The translations under genes and the position numbers were made by a program. The notes below the pieces were generated by a model. The model was not told where the DNA came from, did not search any database, and worked only from the letters and a program-made list of their open reading frames with translations. Positions 1 through 7,824 of a DNA stretch of 12,521 bases are shown here, in pieces; the stretch's first letter is position 1; each line of letters opens with the position of its first letter. The stretch lies in the NCBI GenBank assembly GCA_029858305.1, contig JAOUFI010000065.1, positions 1 through 12,521 of the forward strand, in the 5' to 3' direction. Source of the DNA: Candidatus Thorarchaeota archaeon. Its GTDB lineage: Archaea; Asgardarchaeota; Thorarchaeia; Thorarchaeales; Thorarchaeaceae.

Positions 1-1
1 C

Positions 2-1429
2 AGGCAGTCAAAAAGAGTGATGGCATTCTCGCACATTGATGCAGATGGTATATCAGCTCTCGCGATTGTAGTTTCAGTTCTAGAGCGAGAAAGGAAGGAA
101 TTTGAGTGGCGAAATATTCATCAGATTAACTCTGAAACTATAATCGAAATCAGTCAGGAAATTCAGAGATACAAACCAGATTTGACTATTTTCAGTGATT
201 TTGGAACAGGTCAAATCGAGCTGATTAGAAATCATGTTACTACATTTGAGTTTTTAAAACGCACAATTATCCTTGATCACCATTTACCTCAGAGCAATGG
301 CACGAGTGTCTCAGAACTTGCATCTAGTAAGAAACTGATCGAGATTAATCCTTGCTATCATGAGTTGAATGGAAGTTACGATATATCTGGAGCAGGTGTT
401 GCTTTTCTCTTTGCTCTTGCTTTTACAAAGGAGAACATTGACCTTGCGGAACTAGCGATCGTTGGTGCAACGGGTGATTTGCAGGACTATTATGGAAAGG
501 GATTCTCTGGAATTAATAAGAAGATTCTGGAATTAGGAACTACTGGAGGCTATATTAAGGTAACAAGAGACCTAACTTTCTTTGGCATTAATACGCGTCC
601 CTTACCATATTTATTGCAATATAATACTGACCCTTACCTACCTGGAATTACAGGAGATGAGGAAGCATGTTTTACATTTTTCAGAGAACTCAATATTAGC
701 CTGAAGAACGCCCATGATGAATGGCGAACATGGGTCGATCTCAATAGTGATGAAAAACAGAGAATCATCCAGAAGCTTATCCAGCTTATCATAGCAACGT
801 ACAACGATTCCCAATTGGCATCTGGGCTCATCGGAGATGTAGTTATCCTAACGCATAGACCCGAGAAGACAGAAATGCGTAGTGCAAAGGAATTCTCAAC
901 CTTGCTTAATGCCTGCGGTCGAAATAGGCGCCCAGAGATTGGCGTAAAGGTGTCTCTTGGCGATTCTGAGGCGATCCCAACTGGGAGATATTTACTGCAG
1001 CAACATCGACAGAATCTGGCGCAAGCCCTGAGATTGCTGGAAAACGGTAGATATGAAACCATGGCTGGTTGTTATCTTGTAAACGATCCAGAGATACCAG
1101 ACACAATCATTGGCGTGGTCATTGGTATGGCACAAGGCTCTCGAATAATTCCTATTGACAAACCAGTCATTGGAATTAGTGCGGATCTGTCCAATGATAG
1201 TCCTCTGATCAAACTCTCAGGACGAGCACATAAAAATTTGACAAAAAGAGGTCTTAATCTTAAGGAAACTTTCGTTTCAGTTGCAGATAGTATGAATGAA
1301 GAATATGGAACCCTTGTAGCTGAAGCTGGGGGACACCCAATGGCAGCTGGAGCTTTCATTCATAAAGATCATGTAAATGAATTCATTCAACGTTCATCTC
1401 AACAAATAGCCGGTGTTCTAAGCAAGTAG
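2..1429 (+). CDS. DHH/DHHA1 family phosphoesterase, archaeal RecJ/GAN (Cdc45-related)-like; 5' end probably outside the window
   Basis: Motifs HIDADG (I), FSDFG (II), ILDHH (III), ISGAGVA, GATGDLQD (IV), LLNACGR and the DHHA1 motif GGHPMAAGA. The frame is open from base 2 and motif I lies only about 5 codons after the GTG at 17, so the true start is likely upstream. Confidence 0.92.
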   Translation, partial: RQSKRVMAFSHIDADGISALAIVVSVLERERKEFEWRNIHQINSETIIEISQEIQRYKPDLTIFSDFGTGQIELIRNHVTTFEFLKRTIILDHHLPQSNGTSVSELASSKKLIEINPCYHELNGSYDISGAGVAFLFALAFTKENIDLAELAIVGATGDLQDYYGKGFSGINKKILELGTTGGYIKVTRDLTFFGINTRPLPYLLQYNTDPYLPGITGDEEACFTFFRELNISLKNAHDEWRTWVDLNSDEKQRIIQKLIQLIIATYNDSQLASGLIGDVVILTHRPEKTEMRSAKEFSTLLNACGRNRRPEIGVKVSLGDSEAIPTGRYLLQQHRQNLAQALRLLENGRYETMAGCYLVNDPEIPDTIIGVVIGMAQGSRIIPIDKPVIGISADLSNDSPLIKLSGRAHKNLTKRGLNLKETFVSVADSMNEEYGTLVAEAGGHPMAAGAFIHKDHVNEFIQRSSQQIAGVLSK

Positions 1430-1433
1430 AATG

Positions 1434-1468
1434 AAAAAAGGGATAATGGGGGGTGATAACCCCCATCC
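1434..1468 (-). terminator. Hairpin plus U-tract terminator at a convergent gene junction
   Basis: ATGGGGG (1446-1452) pairs with CCCCCAT (1460-1466). A6 at 1434-1439 reads as U6 downstream of the hairpin on the minus strand, just after the 1484 stop. Confidence 0.6.
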
Positions 1469-1483
1469 AAGTTAACTAAACAA

Positions 1484-1945
1484 TTAGTAATCTTCTGCAG
1501 TCAGTGATGCACCGATGATCCCTGGTATAAACAGCAGACCAAATGCAACGCCTAGGTCAATAGCCATATTTCTGGCCACATTGAACATCAAGGCATAGTT
1601 GGTTGGATCCCCGGCAAATGTAAGGATATAAAATCCAAGGAAGAAGAGGACCATTGCAAATATAGATACAAAAAGCATTCTGACACCACTCTTTGATAGT
1701 AAGCCTGCAATGAATCCAGCTACACCAAGTGCAACAAGTGGAGAATAAACTCCAGCCATTGCTGTGGTGTATGGGAACAAGAGCGAAGCAAACAGAGTGC
1801 CACCTAATACCATTAAGTCGCCAGTGATGCTACTGCTGCCAATGATTGCTTGAATTGCTGCTAGGTCGAGGTTCAATATCTGAAAAGCCCCAATCAGTAC
1901 AGCTGTTACTAACGCAATTAATAGTGCGATGATGGTTCGAAACAT
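1484..1945 (-). CDS. Hypothetical integral membrane protein (about 4-5 hydrophobic helices)
   Basis: Almost entirely hydrophobic and Gly-rich ORF filling the gap. Start is ATG 1945 (MFRTII) or TTG 1957, with AAGGACGTG upstream. No recognisable family motif. Confidence 0.8.
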   Translation of the reverse strand: MFRTIIALLIALVTAVLIGAFQILNLDLAAIQAIIGSSSITGDLMVLGGTLFASLLFPYTTAMAGVYSPLVALGVAGFIAGLLSKSGVRMLFVSIFAMVLFFLGFYILTFAGDPTNYALMFNVARNMAIDLGVAFGLLFIPGIIGASLTAEDY

Positions 1946-2029
1946 TGTTATCAACACGTCCTTTCGTTTAGGATAGCTGTTGTAAAATCAACAAGACGGA
2001 GATTCTTATATCTATTGGCAATTTCAAGA

Positions 2030-2494
2030 TTATATGTTCGACGAATTCAAATCTTTCATTATCGATAGTATTTTCTTTCGTTGAGAGCTGATGAGATTTA
2101 AAATCTGCGGACTCGCCATATCAGAAGGTAGGCTGTCTGGATGAAACCATTTCACTTCTCCATCAGCATTTTCCGGATTTGTCTTCTGGGTAATTGCTTT
2201 TGCTAGGTAATGATTCAGTAAGAAATGGTACTCTATCGCACCGGTATCATCCTTTGTAATGAGATCAGAAGTACCTAGAAGCTCTAGGACTTCACACTCG
2301 ACTCCAGTCTCTTCTTTGACTTCCCGTATCACAGATTCAATTTGAGACTCCCCAAGCTCTACGCCTCCTCCTGGAATGCTCCAGAGACCCTTCCCAGGAG
2401 CCTTATCTCTCCTTGCAAGTAGAATTCCTTGAGTACCAACAACAATCGCGCCTACTCCGGGAATGGGATGAATAGGATATCTTCGATTACTCAT
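2030..2494 (-). CDS. Nudix hydrolase (ADP-ribose pyrophosphatase/MutT-like)
   Basis: Canonical Nudix box GGVELGESQIESVIREVKEETGV (GX5EX7REUXEEXGU), preceded by WSIPGG. RBS GAGGT upstream of the ATG. Confidence 0.93.
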   Translation of the reverse strand: MSNRRYPIHPIPGVGAIVVGTQGILLARRDKAPGKGLWSIPGGGVELGESQIESVIREVKEETGVECEVLELLGTSDLITKDDTGAIEYHFLLNHYLAKAITQKTNPENADGEVKWFHPDSLPSDMASPQILNLISSQRKKILSIMKDLNSSNI

Positions 2495-2509
2495 CCTTAC
2501 CTCATCTCG

Positions 2510-3670
2510 TCAATCAAAAGGTAGTCCTGCTGGCATGTAAATTATTGTTCCGCATTTCTCACAAATCATGTCAGAATAGACATCGAAACCTACAAAGGGA
2601 TCATAGGGAATTCGAGTGTCGGTCTTACAATTTAAGCATCTAATCTTTACGTAACCTCTCAATTCAAAGACCATCCTCCAAGCATTGCGAGAGTGTTCAA
2701 GTTGTCCCAAACGGTCATATTCTCTTGCTAGAATGACCCAAGGTGCTGCTGCATTGGCATCGGCACTTGTCCACCGAATCAGACAATCAAGATACTCATC
2801 CCACATCCCTAAGGAGGGATACGCATTGCACAAACCTGTCCATGATTCAGGATCTCGCCCAAGCTCCATTTCAGCACGACTAAGATACTCTCTGCAGGAT
2901 TTTTCATCCCGAGAGTTGTGGGCAATGATGGCAATTCTTGATAATGCTTCTATATTGATAGGATCAATATCCAATACTTTCCCAAAGCACTCAAGCGCAC
3001 CCTCGTGATCTCCTGATTGAAATCGAAGTTCACCTAATAGGATGAGAGACCTGTAATCATCTGGATTGATTGTATTAGCATATCCTACAAAGGGAGCTGC
3101 TTCAAAAGAACGATCTTGAAGTAACAAGACGAATGCATAATTTGAGACACCCGTCATGAGGTCTGGTTGAAGTGTATGAACTCGTGCCCACTGTTTTGTT
3201 GCCTCAGTTAGGTCTCCAAGGCGATAAAGCACAAGTGCATGCAAGAATATGATACTTATATCCTCAGGAAACTGCTCAAGTGCTAATTCTAGATGTTTTA
3301 GGGCTTGGCCATACTCGCATCTGTGGAGGTAAATACGCCCAAGATCAATCCAGGATTCAGGTTCAGAAGGATCGAGCCGAAGTGCCTCCTGAAGATGTTC
3401 TTCTGCAAAATCCACTTTTCCCAAGGACCAAAGAGCACGTCCAAGAAATAGCTCAACAACATAATGCTGTTCGACAAGCGCATCCGCACGATAGAGTACT
3501 TCTACTGCTTTTTCAGGCATTTCAGCTTGAACATATGCAATACCAAGATAGACCAAAGCATCGACGTCTTCATCATCATATTCCACTAGTGGTTCTAATG
3601 CTATTATAGCGTCAAACGGACGGCACTCTTCCAGGGCCCGTTTCGCAGATTCGAGTACTTTATCAGACAC
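2510..3670 (-). CDS. Tetratricopeptide repeat protein with C-terminal Zn-ribbon
   Basis: Repeated TPR patterns (ALVYLGIAY, LFLGRAL...ALRLDP, WIDLGRIY, LGELRF...VLDIDP) and a C-terminal CLNC...CEKC pair. GTG start. Confidence 0.88.
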   Translation of the reverse strand: MSDKVLESAKRALEECRPFDAIIALEPLVEYDDEDVDALVYLGIAYVQAEMPEKAVEVLYRADALVEQHYVVELFLGRALWSLGKVDFAEEHLQEALRLDPSEPESWIDLGRIYLHRCEYGQALKHLELALEQFPEDISIIFLHALVLYRLGDLTEATKQWARVHTLQPDLMTGVSNYAFVLLLQDRSFEAAPFVGYANTINPDDYRSLILLGELRFQSGDHEGALECFGKVLDIDPINIEALSRIAIIAHNSRDEKSCREYLSRAEMELGRDPESWTGLCNAYPSLGMWDEYLDCLIRWTSADANAAAPWVILAREYDRLGQLEHSRNAWRMVFELRGYVKIRCLNCKTDTRIPYDPFVGFDVYSDMICEKCGTIIYMPAGLPFD

Positions 3671-3726
3671 GAGTTTATGCCTTCTTATTCGCTGTGCCTA
3701 TCGACGTTTCATTTGTCCCTTTGGCA

Positions 3727-3754
3727 TGGCAATTTGCCAGCATTTTATTATAAG
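3727..3754. promoter_or_regulatory. Divergent promoter: TATA box with an adjacent 13-bp palindrome
   Basis: TTTTATTATAAG (3743-3754) lies about 25 nt before ATG 3778, consistent with a leaderless transcript. Perfect inverted repeat TGGCAA-T-TTGCCA at 3727-3739. Confidence 0.5.
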
Positions 3755-3777
3755 TAGACATTGATAGGGGAAAAACC

Positions 3778-4620
3778 ATGTCGTTCAGGGAGTATGCAAC
3801 ACCATTCGCAATGCTTCATGCCGCAAGCTTACTAAGTCACAGGTCACGGATACGAAAATTTCATGAAGCAGTCCACAAAGTGGTTAAGAATGATGATTAT
3901 GTCATTGATATTGGCACCGGGAGTGGGATTCTAGCAATCTTGGCCGCAAAACAGGGAGCGAGAGTGACAGCAATTGATGTAAATCGAGAATCTCTGACTT
4001 ATGCCAAACACGCGGCAAGAAAAAATGGCGTTGAGGAGAATATCGAGTTTGTTCATAGCCATTTCGCAGATTTCTCTCCTGTCGAACATGCAGACGTTGT
4101 TATGTGCGAAATGCTTTCCTCATTCATGCTTGTCGAACAGCAGATAGCTGCAAGCAATTATGCAGTTGAAAACCTCCTAAAACCTTCAGGAAGAATAATC
4201 CCTGAAGAAGTCAGTATTTACACATGCCCAGTTCAGAATGATATTCTATGGGAGAGGTTTGAAATTGAGGGACTCAGCTTCCCAAGAGTTATACAAACAG
4301 CTGAACAAGGACAGAATACAGATCTTGCTGATCTTTCTGAACTAGCAGTATTCGATCTCAGAATACCTAATCCAGATGCAATAGTTGACAAGCAACTAAA
4401 ATTCACGTTCGTTCAATCAGGAACTGTTCATGGTTTCGCTGGAATGTTCGAAGCAAGATTAATGGATGATCTCATATTGACCATGGAAGATGGTTGGAAG
4501 GAACTTTTTATGCCACTCGTGAAACCAATCGAAGCAAAAACTAGTAAATCACTCATCGTGAGAGTATCTTTCAGACCTGGCGAGTTTGATTCATTAGTCC
4601 TTGAAATCCTCCAAGACTAA
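3778..4620 (+). CDS. Class I SAM-dependent methyltransferase with PRMT-like (protein arginine methyltransferase) architecture
   Basis: Motif I VIDIGTGSGIL, post-I VTAID, double-E loop DVVMCEMLSSFMLVE, motif III LLKPSGRIIP, and beta-barrel signatures GTVHGFAGMF and GWKELFMPL..P. Confidence 0.88.
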   Translation: MSFREYATPFAMLHAASLLSHRSRIRKFHEAVHKVVKNDDYVIDIGTGSGILAILAAKQGARVTAIDVNRESLTYAKHAARKNGVEENIEFVHSHFADFSPVEHADVVMCEMLSSFMLVEQQIAASNYAVENLLKPSGRIIPEEVSIYTCPVQNDILWERFEIEGLSFPRVIQTAEQGQNTDLADLSELAVFDLRIPNPDAIVDKQLKFTFVQSGTVHGFAGMFEARLMDDLILTMEDGWKELFMPLVKPIEAKTSKSLIVRVSFRPGEFDSLVLEILQD

Positions 4621-4937
4621 CCTGTTGCTTTTCGATCCATTGGATGAGACCTATCAAGTTCGAATACTACCGGATTCTTTGGATCTGGGCATGCATGAAG
4701 TTCCTTACAATGATCTTCAGACCAAGGAAAGTAAGCATTATGCATCAGTGCGTAGACAACCGGTAGCATTGTGAAGAGAGCGTTGATACACATATCACCT
4801 CGAACTCCATAGTGATCGAATTCAATGACATCACCCACCCTATGACCGATTGGACAATGTCCTTTCTGGCTAATGACCCGGGCTATGACCTTACGTGGTT
4901 CTTTTCCAACACACTTGTCTTCATTTGACATTTGCAT
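4617..4937 (-). CDS. TIGR04076-like small Cys-containing protein
   Basis: Pattern V..QKGHCPIGHRVGD...MCINA...LP...CPDPKNPVVFEL with three spaced Cys, which I recognise as TIGR04076-like. Start is ATG 4937 or 4931 rather than TTG 4955. Its stop overlaps the methyltransferase stop. Confidence 0.8.
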   Translation of the reverse strand: MQMSNEDKCVGKEPRKVIARVISQKGHCPIGHRVGDVIEFDHYGVRGDMCINALFTMLPVVYALMHNAYFPWSEDHCKELHACPDPKNPVVFELDRSHPMDRKATG

Positions 4938-5044
4938 CGCTTGTGGAATAAGCAAGAGTCCTATTATTGTTATTGAGAAACAATTATCAAAAGAGTCACA
5001 CTTTTATCGAAGTCATTCTGGAGATGACATGGTGACAGATATCT

Positions 5045-5710
5045 ATGGAACTGAAAGGTCCACTCTGTTATGTACTAGACTTTGATGACATCTATGATTA
5101 TGCCTATCAGACTGCCATTAAGGTGAAGGAGTCGGGATGGAAACCGGACGTAATTGTGGGAATAGCCAGAGGTGGTTGGATCCACGCTCGAATTGCTTGT
5201 GATCTCCTAGGTGTAAAGGAACTTTATTCAGTGAAGATTGATCACTGGGGAGTGACGGCGACAAAAGATGGAAAGGCAAAACTAACTTGCCCTCTCACGG
5301 TAGATGTAGTTGGAAAACAGGTTCTTGTCATTGATGATATTACTGACACCGGTGAGAGTCTCACAATGGCAGTAAATCATGTTAAGGAGTGTGGACCAAA
5401 GGAAGTGAGAAGTGCAACACTCATGCATATAGCTGGTTCCAAGTTTGTGCCAGACTACTTTGGCGTCGAAGTCGCATGGGCGTGGGAGATATTTCCATGG
5501 AACTTCTATGAAGATGTGTCTTCCCTCATCATGAAAATCTTCGAGGGAGAGAAAGTGAATGAACTTAGCACAATCGAACTCAAGAAGCATCTAAGAGAAT
5601 ATAACAACATTGTACTCTCAGATGATCAATTATCGAAGATAAAGGCCCACATGGGCTTCTTGGGTAGGATTGTATACCCACTGGATAAAGCTTGGAAAAA
5701 GAAAATGTGA
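5045..5710 (+). CDS. Type I purine phosphoribosyltransferase (archaeal HGXPRT-like, COG2236-type)
   Basis: IVGIARGG loop, PRPP-binding motif VLVIDDITDTGESL, PDYF and WEIFPW motifs. GGAGATGA/GGTGA upstream of the start. Confidence 0.92.
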   Translation: MELKGPLCYVLDFDDIYDYAYQTAIKVKESGWKPDVIVGIARGGWIHARIACDLLGVKELYSVKIDHWGVTATKDGKAKLTCPLTVDVVGKQVLVIDDITDTGESLTMAVNHVKECGPKEVRSATLMHIAGSKFVPDYFGVEVAWAWEIFPWNFYEDVSSLIMKIFEGEKVNELSTIELKKHLREYNNIVLSDDQLSKIKAHMGFLGRIVYPLDKAWKKKM

Positions 5711-5723
5711 GGATGAATGAGAA

Positions 5724-6584
5724 TTGGCGTTTGAAGCTAATCTATCTATTGTAGCAGTCGACAGGAGTCAGACAAAGGCAATCCATGAGCTACTCCCTAT
5801 AGAGATTGGGATGTTTGGCGGAAGTGGAAACTACGATTCCACTGTAATCGAGAACCCAATTGAAGCAAAGGTATTCACGCCATATGGGGCAGCATCTGAT
5901 AACTTCATTCTTGGCACGGTAAAAGGGCGTACATTTGCATTCTTGGCAAGGCATGACCGAGGACACTCCATTCCGCCTCATGCAATTAACTACCGTGCAA
6001 ATATTTGGGGGATGAAGGCTTTGGGTGTGAAGAGGTTGATTAGTCCAGCGGCAGCAGGAAGTCTTCAGCCTGCAAAAATCAAACTAGGAGAATTCGTGAT
6101 TGCAGATCAACTCTTTGACAGAACATTTGGCGTGAGAAAAGATACATTCTTTGAAGGAGGACCTATTGCCCATCTGTCTTTTGCGGAGCCGTTTTGTCCT
6201 GAACTTAGGAGAATTGCATCTGATACTGCATCTATAATCGGGTACAAGGTTCACAACAAAGGAACATATGTTTGTATCAACGGACCAAGATTCTCAACTA
6301 GAGCTGAGTCAATGTTCTACCATAATCAGGGGTGGGATGTGATTGGGATGACAGCCTATCCTGAAGCGGCTCTTGCACGAGAAGCTGGCATTTGCTTTGT
6401 GAACATCTCAATGCCAACTGATTATGATGTTCATGGAGATGAAGTTGTTACTCATGAGTTGGTTCTCAAGACTATGTCAGAGAATGTGGAACGAGTACGG
6501 AAACTCACTTTCGAGATGATAAGCCATATTCCAAAGAAGGCTAGCTGTGATTGTCAGACTGCGATGCAACATGGTCTCTTCTAG
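5724..6584 (+). CDS. mtnP: S-methyl-5'-thioadenosine phosphorylase (PNP/MTAP family)
   Basis: GGSG, RH..GH.IPPH.INYRANIW, DQLFDRT, PFCPELR, GPRFSTRAES, VIGMT, PEAALARE and the TDYD base-specificity motif. TTG start with GAGGATGA upstream; the true start could be slightly downstream. Confidence 0.9.
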   Translation: MAFEANLSIVAVDRSQTKAIHELLPIEIGMFGGSGNYDSTVIENPIEAKVFTPYGAASDNFILGTVKGRTFAFLARHDRGHSIPPHAINYRANIWGMKALGVKRLISPAAAGSLQPAKIKLGEFVIADQLFDRTFGVRKDTFFEGGPIAHLSFAEPFCPELRRIASDTASIIGYKVHNKGTYVCINGPRFSTRAESMFYHNQGWDVIGMTAYPEAALAREAGICFVNISMPTDYDVHGDEVVTHELVLKTMSENVERVRKLTFEMISHIPKKASCDCQTAMQHGLF

Positions 6585-6638
6585 GTCACCGAAGAAGTCA
6601 TAGCATAATCTCATACATCTAGAGTTGGTGCTAATATC

Positions 6639-7436
6639 ATGAGAGTCGCAGTTGGACAGATGGACCTCTTAATTGGAGATGTAGAAGAGAATTTGATTCG
6701 AGTAAGAGGTCTCCTAGAGAAAGCTGAAAAATCTGATATTGAAGTACTCGTACTCCCAGAGTTATGCAACTCTGGATATGCCTTCAAGAGTATCGGTGAA
6801 GCAAGTGGTTCATCAGAATTGATTCCTGAGGGCCCTGTTTCGCGGGAATTACTCACATGGTCAGGAGGAGGAAGACTAGTTGTCGCTGGAATATGTGAGA
6901 GAACTCCCAAGGGTCTCTACAACTCCGCAGCAGTATTAGGAAATGGCGAGCATATAGCAACATATCACAAAATCCACCTCTTTCTCCACGAGCAAAATTG
7001 GTTCTTGCCAGGTCAGGAAGAGCCTCCTGTCATTGAATACAAAGGATATCAATTCGGCATAATGGTGTGTTTTGATTGGGCTTTTCCTGAGGTCGCACGA
7101 ATTCTTACACTGAAAGGAGCACAGGCGATTCTTCACCCAGCTAATCTTGTACTGCCTTATTGCCAAGATGCCATGGTCACGCGTTCAATTGAGAACCGTG
7201 TGTTTACAGCTACGGCAAACAGAGTGGGAACCGAGAGAGGACTCACCTTCTCAGGAGCTTCTCAAATCACAGATGTCAAGGGAAATCGAATAGCACAGAT
7301 GACCGCAAAAGAAACTGGTTTGGTATGGGCGGATATTGAGCCAACCCTTGCTGATGACAAGTCAATCACAGAGAGAAATGATATCCTTGCTGATAGACGT
7401 CCAAGGCTTTACAAAAGACTTACTCAGGACGATTAA
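6639..7436 (+). CDS. Carbon-nitrogen hydrolase (nitrilase/amidase superfamily)
   Basis: Glu-Lys-Cys triad: VLPELCNSGY, YHKIHLF, MVCFDWAFPE. Also RSIENRVF, ANRVGTE and C-terminal DRRP.LY. Confidence 0.93.
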   Translation: MRVAVGQMDLLIGDVEENLIRVRGLLEKAEKSDIEVLVLPELCNSGYAFKSIGEASGSSELIPEGPVSRELLTWSGGGRLVVAGICERTPKGLYNSAAVLGNGEHIATYHKIHLFLHEQNWFLPGQEEPPVIEYKGYQFGIMVCFDWAFPEVARILTLKGAQAILHPANLVLPYCQDAMVTRSIENRVFTATANRVGTERGLTFSGASQITDVKGNRIAQMTAKETGLVWADIEPTLADDKSITERNDILADRRPRLYKRLTQDD

Positions 7437-7824
7437 ATTTACTCGGAGCACGACCCTCCCAGTAATCAACAGGGTATTTCTTTGAGTTCTTTTTCATCTT
7501 TTCAATCACAGCTTTCGTCGGATCGATACCTGTAGTATCAGCAACTCTCAGGAGATATATCAGAACATCAGCAATCTCAGAAGCAAGGGCTTCGCGAAAT
7601 CGTTCATCTTTTAGAGCCTCTTCTACATCAGCATCTGTCTTCCACTGGAAGAGCTCAAGCAACTCTCCAACCTCAATAGAGGTAGAGATTGCCAGATTCA
7701 GGGGTCGATTATACTGCTCCCAATTCCTCTCACGAACAAACTCTCTGACAATTTCAGTAATCTCTGTGAGAGTGTGAGGTTTCTCTCCCACCACAGTCAC
7801 CGGCTCAACGTTGCTGAGGACCAA
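7420..7824 (-). CDS. MazG-like nucleotide pyrophosphohydrolase (DCTPP1/RS21-C6-like)
   Basis: F..ERNWEQY..P.NLA, EVGELLELFQW, EIADVLIYLL and KM.KN..KYP. Start codon uncertain (TTG 7824 or a downstream GTG). Confidence 0.9.
   Translation of the reverse strand: MVLSNVEPVTVVGEKPHTLTEITEIVREFVRERNWEQYNRPLNLAISTSIEVGELLELFQWKTDADVEEALKDERFREALASEIADVLIYLLRVADTTGIDPTKAVIEKMKKNSKKYPVDYWEGRAPSKFNRPE

Noticed and set aside
634-1359. Antisense ORFs 634-1062, 906-1106 and 1072-1359
   Set aside because: They lie wholly within the well-supported DHH gene and show no protein motifs.
2492-2512. The TPR gene's UGA is in frame with the Nudix ATG (UGA CGA GAU GAG GUA AGG AUG), suggesting a readthrough or selenocysteine fusion
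   Set aside because: In-frame spacing occurs one time in three by chance. The spacer contains a good RBS (GAGGU) for independent initiation, and no SECIS-like element or Cys-equivalent context is evident.
2685-3609. ORFs 2685-3008 (+), 3280-3609 (+) and 3298-3489 (-)
   Set aside because: Shadow or alternate-frame ORFs inside the TPR gene.
4873-7166. ORFs 4873-5085, 5282-5590, 5790-5981, 6611-6910 and 6936-7166
   Set aside because: They overlap motif-supported genes and lack recognisable features.
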